Assembly: GCF_009914755.1 (NCBI RefSeq)
Contig: NC_060932.1
Length of the DNA: 64,000 bases
Strand: one strand, 5' to 3'
Source of the DNA: the human T2T-CHM13v2.0 reference genome, Homo sapiens
Shown here piece after piece: positions 28,140 through 39,495 of this stretch (the first letter of the stretch is position 1; every line of letters begins with the position of its first letter). The notes under the pieces are model-generated. The model saw nothing but the letters and a program-made list of their open reading frames with translations. It had not been told where the DNA came from and ran no database searches. Both the position numbers and the translations under genes were made by a program.

Positions 28140-28268
28140 CTCGTTTTACAGATAAGTAAACTGAAACCCTGAAAAGTATAGTAACCTAGAAAAGGCACAG
28201 TTAAAACTGGATGCCAAGCTTAGTAAGGGCCAGAGCCTGGAGTTGAAACTGTGGTTGCCTGACTTTAG
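28140..28268 (-). mobile_element. MIR fragment
   Basis: ttttacagataagtaaactgaaac...ccagagcctggagttgaaac. Confidence 0.6.
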
Positions 28269-29608
28269 GCTGCTGTTAAAAGTTGAGATAAACAGAAGTA
28301 CTATTAAATGATATTTTATTCAGAGTGCCCAGGAATTTGCTAATTCTGCCAGGACATATCGCCATACCCTGCAAGGTTCCCTAGGAAGATAGGTGCACAG
28401 AGCCTACCTGGCAGAGCAAAGCACATTTCATTAGTTGTGATTTTGTCCCCAGCCTCTAAGACAACACACTAATAAACCAGGCGGGATCATGTGATGTAAT
28501 TTCCCAAAAGCCAAGGCTTATTCCTTACCTCACCATTGCATTGCAAAGCAAAGTCAAAAATGTATACTCAGCTACACTGAAGAGAAGACACAAAGCTCTT
28601 TAGAGAGTGAAAATGTATCTTGCATGGAAAGTCCCCAGGCATTAGCTCCTGGCCTATCATCTAGAGATGCAGGATTGCACGATTGGGTGCCACATTGGAA
28701 GAAGAGCAAGCTTCCTGATACAGCATGAAACAGACAGGCACACCATATGAGACCTAGCTGACCTTGCTCTCCTGCCCTCCAGCATCTGATCTGCATGGAA
28801 GGAGTTGATGGAGGAGAGTGTCTGTTGAACTTGGTCTCTATTTGTTTTTGAAGATTTACCACGAAAATGTAGCCACGTCAGTTCCATAGGCATTGATCTA
28901 ACCTAATCAGACTCCTGCTTCTGGTTTCTGGGGAGTTTGGCCCCTGACCCTGCCTCCTTCTTATAAAAGCTAGAGAAGGAGCTACACACTCTCTAGGGGC
29001 CAACATCTATGTGTTTTCCATCATGTTGCTCTCTTCTGAGGAACAGGATTTCTGCTATGATTTCCATTTTCTTGGCTATGTCCTTGCTACCTGCTGAGAG
29101 ATATCCCAGATGCTGACTGGCCACTAATAATAGTCTGGCTGCCTGTTTGCCATCTGTTCCTGAATTAGCAGCTGCCATTCTCTACCCACTTCCACCACAT
29201 CCTGAGTTGGATCTTACTGAAATACCAATGATTGTACCAGACTATCCACAGCCAAAAACTACCTATTGTGTGACCCTACAGAGACTTTATCCAGCCTAGT
29301 AGGCTGTCCTTCTCTCAGAATCCATAGAAAAGTCTCTGCCTCTGTCCTCCTCTTTCCATCTCGACACTGGTCAGGCACCATCTCTCTCCCGAATGATGGT
29401 AATAACTGGTCTCCCTGCATTCTGTGATACCTCTTTACAATCTATTTTCTAAACAGAAGCTGAATAAGTTACAACACCAGTTCTCTCCTGAAAGCTCTGA
29501 AGCATCTAAAATGAAATCTAAACTCCTTACCGTGGCTGAGGCTCCAAGAGCTGAGCCTCCATCTCCATATCTTTCATGTCAGTTTCTACCTGGTTCCTAC
29601 ATTTTAAG

Positions 29609-29935
29609 CCAGTGGCTCTCAAACATTTTGACGAAGACCCACAGTGAGAAAGAAATTTTGCATCATGAATTAGTCCATACATGTGTGTACTGGATATAGT
29701 GTTGTACACACACACAAATGACACACACACACACCAGAAAGAAAAGTTCAATGAACTAATACCTTTCTAAGTATTTAATCTTACTAAGTATGAAGCACTC
29801 TGATATATTTAATTTGGTTCTATTTAAATCTATTCTTTTTATTCATCAATTTCTTTCTATTCTTTTATGTTTTTATTGTTAATGCAGGTGTTGACTCACT
29901 TGACGCACTAGTGTATTACAGCTTCTGCAATTTGT
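29609..29935. mobile_element. hAT-Charlie-type non-autonomous DNA transposon within L2 sequence
   Basis: cagtggctctcaaac terminus, gacccacagtgagaaa, internal (CA)-rich stretch; subfamily not assigned. Confidence 0.55.
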
Positions 29936-30053
29936 CCCATACCATCCACAACACATTGCTTCAAAAATATCAAACTTGGAGCAGCAATGGCATCTTTCCA
30001 ATGATAAGTTTCCACTGTGGTTTTCAGTGGGGCTCAGTTGGCATTTGGGGGTT

Positions 30054-30418
30054 TGATATGGTTTGGCTCTGTCCTCACCCAAATCTCTTCTTGAATTGTA
30101 ACTCCTATAATTCCCACATGTCATGGGAGGGACCCAGTGGGAGGTAATTGAATCATGGGGGTGGGTCTTTCCCACACTGTTCTCATTATAATGAATAAGT
30201 CTCATGAGATCTGATGGTTTTATAAAAGGGAGGTCCCCTGCACATGCTCTCTTTTGCCTACCACCATGTAAAATGTGGCTTTGCTCCTCCTTGCCTTCTG
30301 CCATGATTGTGAAGCCTCCCCAACCACGTGGAACTGTGAGTCAATTAAACCTCTTTCCTTTATAAATTACCCAGTCTCAGGCATGCCTTTATGAGCAGCA
30401 TGAGAACAGACTAATACA
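30054..30418 (+). mobile_element. THE1C-like solo LTR inserted in a MER20-type hAT element (about 30020-30582)
   Basis: tgatatggtttgg...ctaataca; TSD gggtt/gggtg; flank aatgccagta...cattgtgac...attgagaacca is MER20-like. Confidence 0.92.
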
Positions 30419-31189
30419 GGGTGGAACAATTTTTTATTGTAAGTAACTGCCTAATTCATTTTGGGATATATGGTATCTTTAGCCCCAAATCCACCCAATG
30501 CCAGTAATGTCACTAATCATTGTGACTATGAAAAAATGCTTCCATACATTTCCCAATGTCCCTGCTCCAATTGAGAACCATTAGAACTCATGCTTCACCT
30601 CAAGATTTTTGCGTAGATTGCTGTTCTTTTTACTCCACTCTCACCTTTCAAATTCAAAGCCACAGAGAGACCTTCTCTGACCACCTAATCTAAATTTGCC
30701 AGTGCCCATCAACTCTGTAATAATACCATGTTTTAATTATGTCATAAAAGTTTTGATTACCTGAAATTATTTCATCCATTAATTGACTTATGATCTCTCC
30801 ATGCCCCCTCTCCTTTGGAGAGTTTAGGAAAACTCTCCAAGTGTGGGAAATTTGCTTGCCTTGCTTTCTGGTCTGCCCCCAATATCTACAAGATCCTGAC
30901 CCATAGTGGGTGCTTTATGAATAAGTAAATAAAACTCCTTGAATCCTGGTATGACTGAAGGCCCCATTTACTTGTTTCACTTTGTCAATCTTCTTCACTC
31001 CATTTATGGTTTATATATGTGAGCCATACCAACCATGAACCTTGTTTTTTTTCAGACAGAAGTAGTTCCATACTTTTGCTCTGACACCTCTAAGAGCAAC
31101 CCCTTCCCCCACATTCCTAAAAACCTCTTGATTGTTTGGGGATGCTGTCCCTGAATTTATCCAGCACTATGATGTAAGGGAATGAGCAT

Positions 31190-31390
31190 AAACAGAGGAG
31201 GCAGACAGACACGGACATAGCTTCAGTCTTGAGTTGGGGCTCACCAACTGAGCAATATTGCATAGATTTCTAAGTTTCTGGTTTATCCTCTGAAACAATG
31301 AACTTTAACAGCCAGGTCTCAAGATGATTATAAAGGTTAATCAAGACAATATATGCAGAATATAGTAGTACTTAATAAGTGATCATTCTT
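31190..31390 (+). mobile_element. MIR fragment
   Basis: gaggcagacagac...tttatcctctgaaacaatg...tagtacttaataag. Confidence 0.45.
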
Positions 31391-31864
31391 TCCCCAATCC
31401 CCTCCCAAGGGTTTACCTACTCACTGTCTGAATGTCCACATTCCTGTTCAAGAGAAAATGTTTATTTTTAGAACTCTTTTTTAACACTTTCTTAAATAAC
31501 CCATTCAATAGTTAAATTAGGAACTCATGTGAAGTAAGCCATGTGTGGAAGCCAAAGGACAGGGCAGTTTAAGCTTGTTTACCTTTAGAACCTGCAAAGC
31601 TAAGAGCTGCCATAATGATGACCATCAATGTAGCAATACACAGTTGCAGTTGGGGTCCTACAGTTTTGCTTAATAATTTATCTTTACTAAATGATTTCAT
31701 GAATTCTCCTAGTCATATATTTGTAGCTTTCTTTTCTTTTCATTTGCTGTATAAAGGTCAGAACCTTGTTTCTACTTTAATTCTGCTCATTCTAACAGTT
31801 TTATGTAGCAAACATCCTCAATTCTGCACACAAATAGAGACATCGTGGTGCAATAGATTTTAAC

Positions 31865-32050
31865 AAGGGATCTGAATTTTGGGAAAATCTTTGTGACTAA
31901 CTGACAATATGATATTGAACAAGTCTGAATTTTTCTGACTCCCAGTCAGCTCACCTGCCAAATGAAACTTATAGAACCTAACTAACCAGCTCATGAGACT
32001 GTTGGGTGGAAAAGTGAAATAATATATGTGTTAGCTCTGTGTGAATTATT
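31865..32050 (+). mobile_element. MIR fragment
   Basis: atgatattgaacaagtc...ctcccagtcagctcacctgccaaatg...gtgaaataatatatgtg. Confidence 0.55.
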
Positions 32051-32381
32051 AAGTACAGTAGTCAACAAGTACTTGTAGAATAGATAATTTTTTTTAAATG
32101 AGTAAGTAAATTACCATGTAACCATGTGTCTTCCCTGATAAAGTATTTTAAGTGGTCAGCTTGGCCTTTGGGAGAAAATCTAAACTCAGTAGAACCATGC
32201 CAGTTGGTCCCTCTCTGTTCATCCGTGATCCCTGAAATTTTGTGACTGTGCCCTGCAGCCATGCTGCACCTTCTCACTCTGATCCATCCTGTTTCCATAC
32301 CTGAGCATATGTTTTTCCTTTGGAAAGCTCCTCCTCTCCCAGGGCCTCCCTGGATTTTCCCCATCTGAAGGCTTCTCCAAG

Positions 32382-34685
32382 TGATATGGTTTGGCTGCAT
32401 CCCTACTCAAATCTCATCTTGAATTGTAACTCCCACAATTCTCACATGTCATGGGAAGAACCTGGTGGGGGCCGATTGAATCATGGGGGCAGGCCTTTCT
32501 TGTGCTGTTCTCATGATAGTGAATGAGTCTCATGAGATCTGATGGTTTTAAAAATGAGAGTTCCCTGCACAAGCTCTTTTTGCCTGCCCGCCATCCACAT
32601 AAGACATGACTTGCTCCTCCTTGCCTTCTGCCATGATTGTGAGGCCTCCCCAGCCACGAGGAACTGTGAGTCCAATTAAATATCTTTCTTTTGTAAATGG
32701 CTTACTCTTAGGTATGTCTTTATCAGAAGCATGAAAACTGACTAACACTGTAAATTGGTACCAGTAGAGTGGGGCGTTGCTGAAAAGATACCCAAAAATG
32801 TGGAAGTGACTTTGAACTGGGTAACAGGCAGAGTTTATAACAGTTTGGAGGGCCCAGAAGAAGACAGGAAAATGTGCGAATGTTTGGAACTTCCTAGAAA
32901 CTTGCTGAATGGCTTTGCCCAAAATGCTGATAGCAATATGAAATAAAGTGCAGGCTGAGGTGGTCTCAGATGGAGATGAGGAACTTGTTGGGAACTGGAG
33001 CAAAGTGACTCTTGTTATGTTTTAGCAAAGAGACTGGTGGCATTTTGCCCCTGCCCTAGGGATTTGTGGAACTTTGAACTTGAGAGAGATGATTTAGGGT
33101 ATTTGGCAGAAGAAATTTCTAAGCAGCAAAGCGTTCAAGAAGTGACCTGGGTGCTATTAAAGACAGTCAGTTTTATAAGGGAAGCAGAGCATAAAAGATC
33201 AGAAAATTTGCAGCCTGACAATGCTGTAGAAAAGAAAACCCCCTTTTCTGAGGAGAAATTCAAGCTGGCTGCAGAAATTTTCCTAAGTAACAACCGAATG
33301 TTAATGCCTAAGACAATGGGGAAAATATCTCCAGGGCATGTTAGAGGTCAAGGCAGCCCCTCCCATCATAGGCCCAGAGGCCTAGGAGGAAAACATGGTT
33401 TCATGGGTCAGGCTCAGGGTCCCTGTGCTGTGTGCAGCCTAGGGACTTGGTGCCCTGTGTCCCAGCCACTCCAGCCATGGCTGAAAGGGGTCAATGTACA
33501 GCTCCAGCTGGGGCCTCAAAGAGTGCAAGCCCCAAGCCTTGGCAGCTTCCACATGGTGTTGAGCCTGTGAGTGCACAGAAGTCAAGAATTGGGGTTTGGG
33601 AACTTCCACCTAGATTTCAGAAAGTTAATGGAAATGCCTGGATGCCCAGGCAGAAGTTTGCTGCAGGGGTGGGACCTTCATGGAGAACCTCTCCTAGGAC
33701 AGTGCAGAAAGAAAGTGTGGGGTCAGAGCTCCCACACAGAGTCCCTACTAGGGCACCACCTAGTGGAGCTGTGAGAAAAGGGCCACTGTCCTCCAGACTC
33801 CAGAATGGTAGATCCACTGACAACTTGCAACATGTGCCTAGAAAAGCTACAGACAATCAACACTAGCCTGTGAAAGCTGCTAGGAATGAGGCTGTACCGT
33901 GCAGAGCCACTGGGGTGGAGCTGCCCAAGACCATGGGAACCCACCTTTTGCATCAGCATGACCCAGATGTGAGACATGGAGTCAAAGGAGGTCATTTTGG
34001 AGCTTTAAGATTTGACTGCCCTGCTGGATATTGGACTTGCATGGGGCCTGTAGCCCCTTTGTTTTGGCCAATTTCTCCCACTTGGAATGGCTGTATTTAC
34101 TTAGTGCCTATACCCCCATTGAATCTGGGAAGTAACTAACTTGTTTTTGATTTTACAGGCTCATAGGCAGAAGGCACTTGCCTTGTCTCAGATGAAACAT
34201 TGGACTGTGAACTTTTGGGTTAATGCTGAAATTAGTTAAGACTTTGGGGGACTGTTGGAAAGGCATGATTGGATTTGAAATGTGAGGACATGAGACTTAG
34301 GAGGGGCCAGCAATGGAATGATATGGTTTGGCTGTGTCCCCACCCAAATCTCATCTTAAGTGGTAACTCTAACAATTCCCACATGTCATGGGAGGAACCT
34401 GGTGGGAGGTGATTGAATTATGGGGTCAGGTCTTTTCTGAGCTCTTCTCATGACAGTGAATGAGTCTCATGAGGTCTGATGGTTGTAAAAACAGGAGTTG
34501 CCTGCACAAGCTCTTTTTGCCTGCTGCCATCCACTTAAGATGTGAATTGCTCCTCCTTGACTTCCTCTATGATTGTGAGGCATCCCCAGCCACATAGAAT
34601 TGTGAGTCCAATTAAACCTCTTTCTTTTGTAAATTGCCCAGTCTCAGGTATGTCTTTATCAGCACTATGAAAACGGACTCATACA
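32382..34685 (+). mobile_element. Full THE1A/B provirus (5' LTR 32382-32749, internal region, 3' LTR 34319-34685)
   Basis: Paired LTRs tgatatggtttggc...ataca; internal start gtaaattggtaccagtagagtgggg; TSD ccaag/ccaaa; ORF remnant PRDLWNFELERDDLGYLAEEISKQQS. Confidence 0.95.
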
Positions 34686-35051
34686 CCAAATGAGAGCCTC
34701 TTCTCCCTTGCACTCATATTACCTTAATGACAGTACTCACCACGCTACAATTTTTGACTCAAAATTGATCTTCTTGGCATTATATTTTTGACTTCTAAGT
34801 GACACAGGGTTGCTATGGATTGGTCAGCTTCTAGAATATTGTATCTAATGCCAGTGAATGGTGATACAATTTTTATTTCTCCATATAAATGGGACAGGTC
34901 AGTGCACATGGAGCTGGTATGTATCCCTGTGTTCTTGATTTATTCCACACAAATAAAGAGATAAGTATAGTCCAAAAATTGCTGCCCTAACCTTGAGAAG
35001 ACCTGGAACTAGGTGGAACTAAAAAATGAGGCAAACTCTTAGAAAAAGTGA

Positions 35052-35250
35052 AGTGGTCTCCAAACTACTCTGCTCATGCCTCCTATCAGTAAAAAATTAT
35101 TTAGCATGTACCCCAATATACATTTATTAACTAAATACTTATATTTATAGACTAATGTTTATACATTCATATTCTAAGCTATATATCTATGTAAATTAAA
35201 TGCCAATGTGTTATATATTTTGTGAAACATGTATGAAAATAGATGTTACT
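35052..35250. mobile_element. hAT-Charlie-type DNA transposon fragment
   Basis: agtggtctccaaac terminus followed by cctatcagtaaaaaatt...taccccaatat and an AT-rich body. Confidence 0.45.
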
Positions 35251-36707
35251 TGAAGATAACAGTATCAATCCATTTCTTAAATATCAAAAAAAACTTGATT
35301 CTGTTTTTCTTTTAGATAAAAAATAGCCAACTTCTGGCGAAACTATGCAGAACAAACATGTGCTTTTATTCCATTTCCTCATAAAGCCCCTGCTAAGTTA
35401 CTAATTATCAGCAAAGAAATACAAATATATAAATCCACCCATATACAGAGAATGAAAAGGAGATAGCACACATTTTTAAAAAGCAAACACAGTTTCAAAT
35501 ATGTAAATCAAAACTGTGGTTCACTACTAAACTAGCAGATTACAGAAAAAAAAATCTGGATTTTTGTAGGTTGGAACACAACAAGAATTAAGCGTTTTTG
35601 AGATGCAGAATCCTGGAAAGGCTCAGGAATTAGAAATGCCAAATAGTTCTGAAGGCAGCCTCTAAGCAGTGGAGCTAAAAGCAGGAAGATTGGGTGAAAG
35701 TCAAACAAGAAGCAATAAATCACCCATACCTATGATTCTACACCTCCCTCCCTGCTCCTTTGCCGTGTATATAATCAATAAAATATTAGTATCCATAATT
35801 TGGAGAGAATTCCTACAAATTCTTAAGAAACTCAATAGAAAAAAAAGACAAGAGGCAAGAATGGGCCTTTCACATAAGAGAAAACATAAATGATGAATAT
35901 ACTCACTTCACTGGCAATCAAGAAAGTGCAAATCAAGAACAGAATGAGATAATATTTTATACCATTCATTGAGCAAAAACTAAGAAGCCTTAATATAACA
36001 AGCGTTATTGAGGATATAATTTGGCAAAATTCTTATAAACAGCAAAGTGAGAGCATAATTTAGAAAACAATTTGGCATTATTGTGTGCATTAGATTGGCT
36101 ATGCTAATAACTATAAAAACCAGCTCCTAAATCTAAGTGACTTAACACAATAAAAGTCTAACATAAGAAGTTTCTAGTCTTTCATGTGAGTGCTCCTAAT
36201 TAAATGGCTCTCCTCCAACTGGTGGACCTAGAGTTCCAGGCTCTGTCCATCAAATGGTTCTGCTATCTCAGAAAATTGTGCTTCTAGTTTGAAAGATCAC
36301 GTGAAAGGTTATAGGGCCAGATATGCCTTGAGTTAAATTACTTCCACTCACATTACACTAACCAAAGCTCAGTCACATGATCCTATGCTATTTGCAGACA
36401 AGGCTGGAGAATGTAGTCTTCTTGTGTAACCAAAAAAATTGAGATTTGTGAGCACCTGGAAGGTCACTGGCATATCTTGTAAAATTGAGCATAAATACAC
36501 CATACATACTGGGAAATGCTCTTTTGGATATGTTGGAGTTACTACTCGGAGACCCCAGAGGGATTCTTGCACATACAAACATACAAGTATGTTGATGAAA
36601 GCATTGTTCCTAATAGCAAAACCTGGAAACAACCCAAAAGACCCTGAAAAGTCCAAATACCCACCCATAAAAACTTAGCAACAATCCAAATCAACAAGTA
36701 AAGAAAT

Positions 36708-37251
<544 letters not shown>

Positions 37252-37380
37252 TCAAATATATTATTTTTAAATAAAACTTAAAACCTAAACAATTCTAAAT
37301 CAATTTGTGTAAGGGATATATTAGTGGTTTCTAAAATTATTTTAAAGTGCATAAGAGGATGATAAACACAAAAAGGAGAG

Positions 37381-37707
37381 AACCTACGGGAAATTCCAAC
37401 ACAACCAGGAATACTCTAGTTATGAGTTGTTATGAAGGTTCATGGGTAACCATATTATTACTATAACGTTTAACTCACATATATTCTAAACTTAGGGGGA
37501 AAGTCTCTATTTGCTTAGAAGTCATGCTTATTTGCTAACTTGTTATGTTTCTATCTTTAAGTAGGGAGAAACATGAAGAGGAAGACAATAGAGTTTGGAT
37601 GAGCTGCTGCCCAGAGCCCTTTGTTTCTGTCCTCAGGTAAAAATATCCTCTAGACCTGATTCCCATTGGATGGCAGCCTTGTGGACCCTGCAGAGATGTC
37701 ACCGTAG
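37381..37707 (+). repeat. Local duplication, copy 1
   Basis: Gap-free alignment to 38971-39297 at offset 1590; 44 mismatches in the first 320 bp by hand count (about 86% identity). Confidence 0.95.
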
Positions 37708-38970
37708 AGAACCTTCTGTCAGCTACCCCCAGTCACTAAAGGAAGGATAGAAGGATCTGTGACCTGGAAGTTTAGGACTTTGCAGAATGTAACTTTTAGG
37801 ATGAAGGCTGGAAACAGTGCAAATAATATCTGGACACTGTTTCACACTCTGTTCGTTGCAAAAAAGGGCATTTAAAACCCTCCCTTTGATGTGATGAAAT
37901 TTCCATTGCACTGACATTTAAAAAAAAAATCAGAGTACGGCCTGGCATAGAGAGAAAAGGAAACTCCAATATGACAGATCCTAAGACTAATGCACTTAAA
38001 GCAATAACTGGAATCATAAGTGCATTTAATACATGTTTGTTGCTATTGTAATTATATTAATATTTACTATACATATATGACATATATGTATGTGTAAGTA
38101 TACATATGAAAATATGTATTTATTCAAGGCTTTCATTATATACAGACAACAGACTCTCTTCTAATCATGGGATAGGCATAAACTCTAGTCTCCCCATCAT
38201 AGTACTTTCGACCCTCATTCTCTTACTGCTCTATCATGCTGTCTTCACCTTTGTCTTGAGCATCATTTCCTGTTTCACAGCATCCTTTTCATGCTGATTA
38301 CAACAGTTTGCATACCTTCTTCCTTTTCTCAGTTTCATTTTTTAAAATGTAAGTGTTTCTATTAGAAGAAGAAACATTCACTATCTCCATAATTTGGAGG
38401 TTAACCAGTTATTTCCTATTTCTGTATTTTTTTGCCACTGTATTTGCATAGAGCTTAAAAATAAAAACAGAACCTTGGGAGTCATTGTGTTGCGATTTGT
38501 AAAGAAAGACTTAGTTGCTGATAAGACTACTCAGCAACAACATATGGAGAGACGAAAGTAGTTAAATAGAATGTCGCCTGGTGTCCCTTCAAAGCCTATG
38601 GTCTTGCCAGCTCCTTGAGAATAATGACTGTATTGTTCACCTTCATATTTCAGGTCTCTAGAGCACAAAGTTCCTGAAATTTCCACACAATAAATATTAA
38701 ATAAATTTCTGAATTAATAAACAAAGAATGGATCTTTAAAAAGAAATCATTTCCTTAAGTTTGATGGAGGATACAAATAGTCTATCCCAGGCTTGGGAAG
38801 AGAATAGTGTCTTACCCACCTCACTTCATGATGTTCCCCATAAGGATTAAGGAAGGGGACCCTACTTGCAGTTGAATACACCAAAAGGCATTGAATATAT
38901 CATTATATGAGATACTCCAATTTGCTTTTGTATACTTGGAATTATTAGAAAGTTCCCTTTTTCCATTATT

Positions 38971-39297
38971 AACCTATGGAAAATTCCAACATGGCCAGGA
39001 ATATTCTAATTGTGTGTTGTTTTGAAGATTCATGGGTAACCATATTATTACTACAATTTTTAATTCATATATATTCTAAACTTAGGGGGAAAATCTCTAT
39101 TTGCTTAGAAGTCATACTTATTTGCTAACTTATTTTGTTTCTATCTATAAGAACAGAGAAACATGAGGAGGGAGACAACAGAGGTAGAATGAGCTGCTAC
39201 CCAAAGCCCTTTGTTTCTGTCCTCAGGTAAAAATATTTCCTGGACCTGATTCTCGTTGGATGGAAGTCTTGTGGACCCTATAGAGATTTGGCCATAG
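38971..39297 (+). repeat. Local duplication, copy 2
   Basis: Direct-orientation paralog of 37381-37707. Confidence 0.95.
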
Positions 39298-39320
39298 GAG
39301 TAACACTTAACCATCTGCTG

Positions 39321-39495
39321 TGGTGGAAAGAACACTCACTGTAGGGTCACTCTAGCCTGGATTCTAATCTCAGTTCTTTATTTATCAGGTGAGTGCCTAT
39401 AGATAAGTTACTTTGACTCTCAGAGCCTGAGATTCTGTATCTATACAATGGGGGAAGTAATGCCTGCCATAATGAAAAGCTTACATAAGATAATC
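39321..39495 (+). mobile_element. MIR
   Basis: tggtggaaagaacac...cctggattctaatctcag...aagttactttgactctcagagcct...atctatacaatgggg. Confidence 0.75.

Noticed and set aside
28572-28893. 96-aa and 78-aa minus-strand ORFs in unique DNA
   Set aside because: No recognisable domain and lengths compatible with chance; only the flanking splice and promoter motifs were kept as hypotheses
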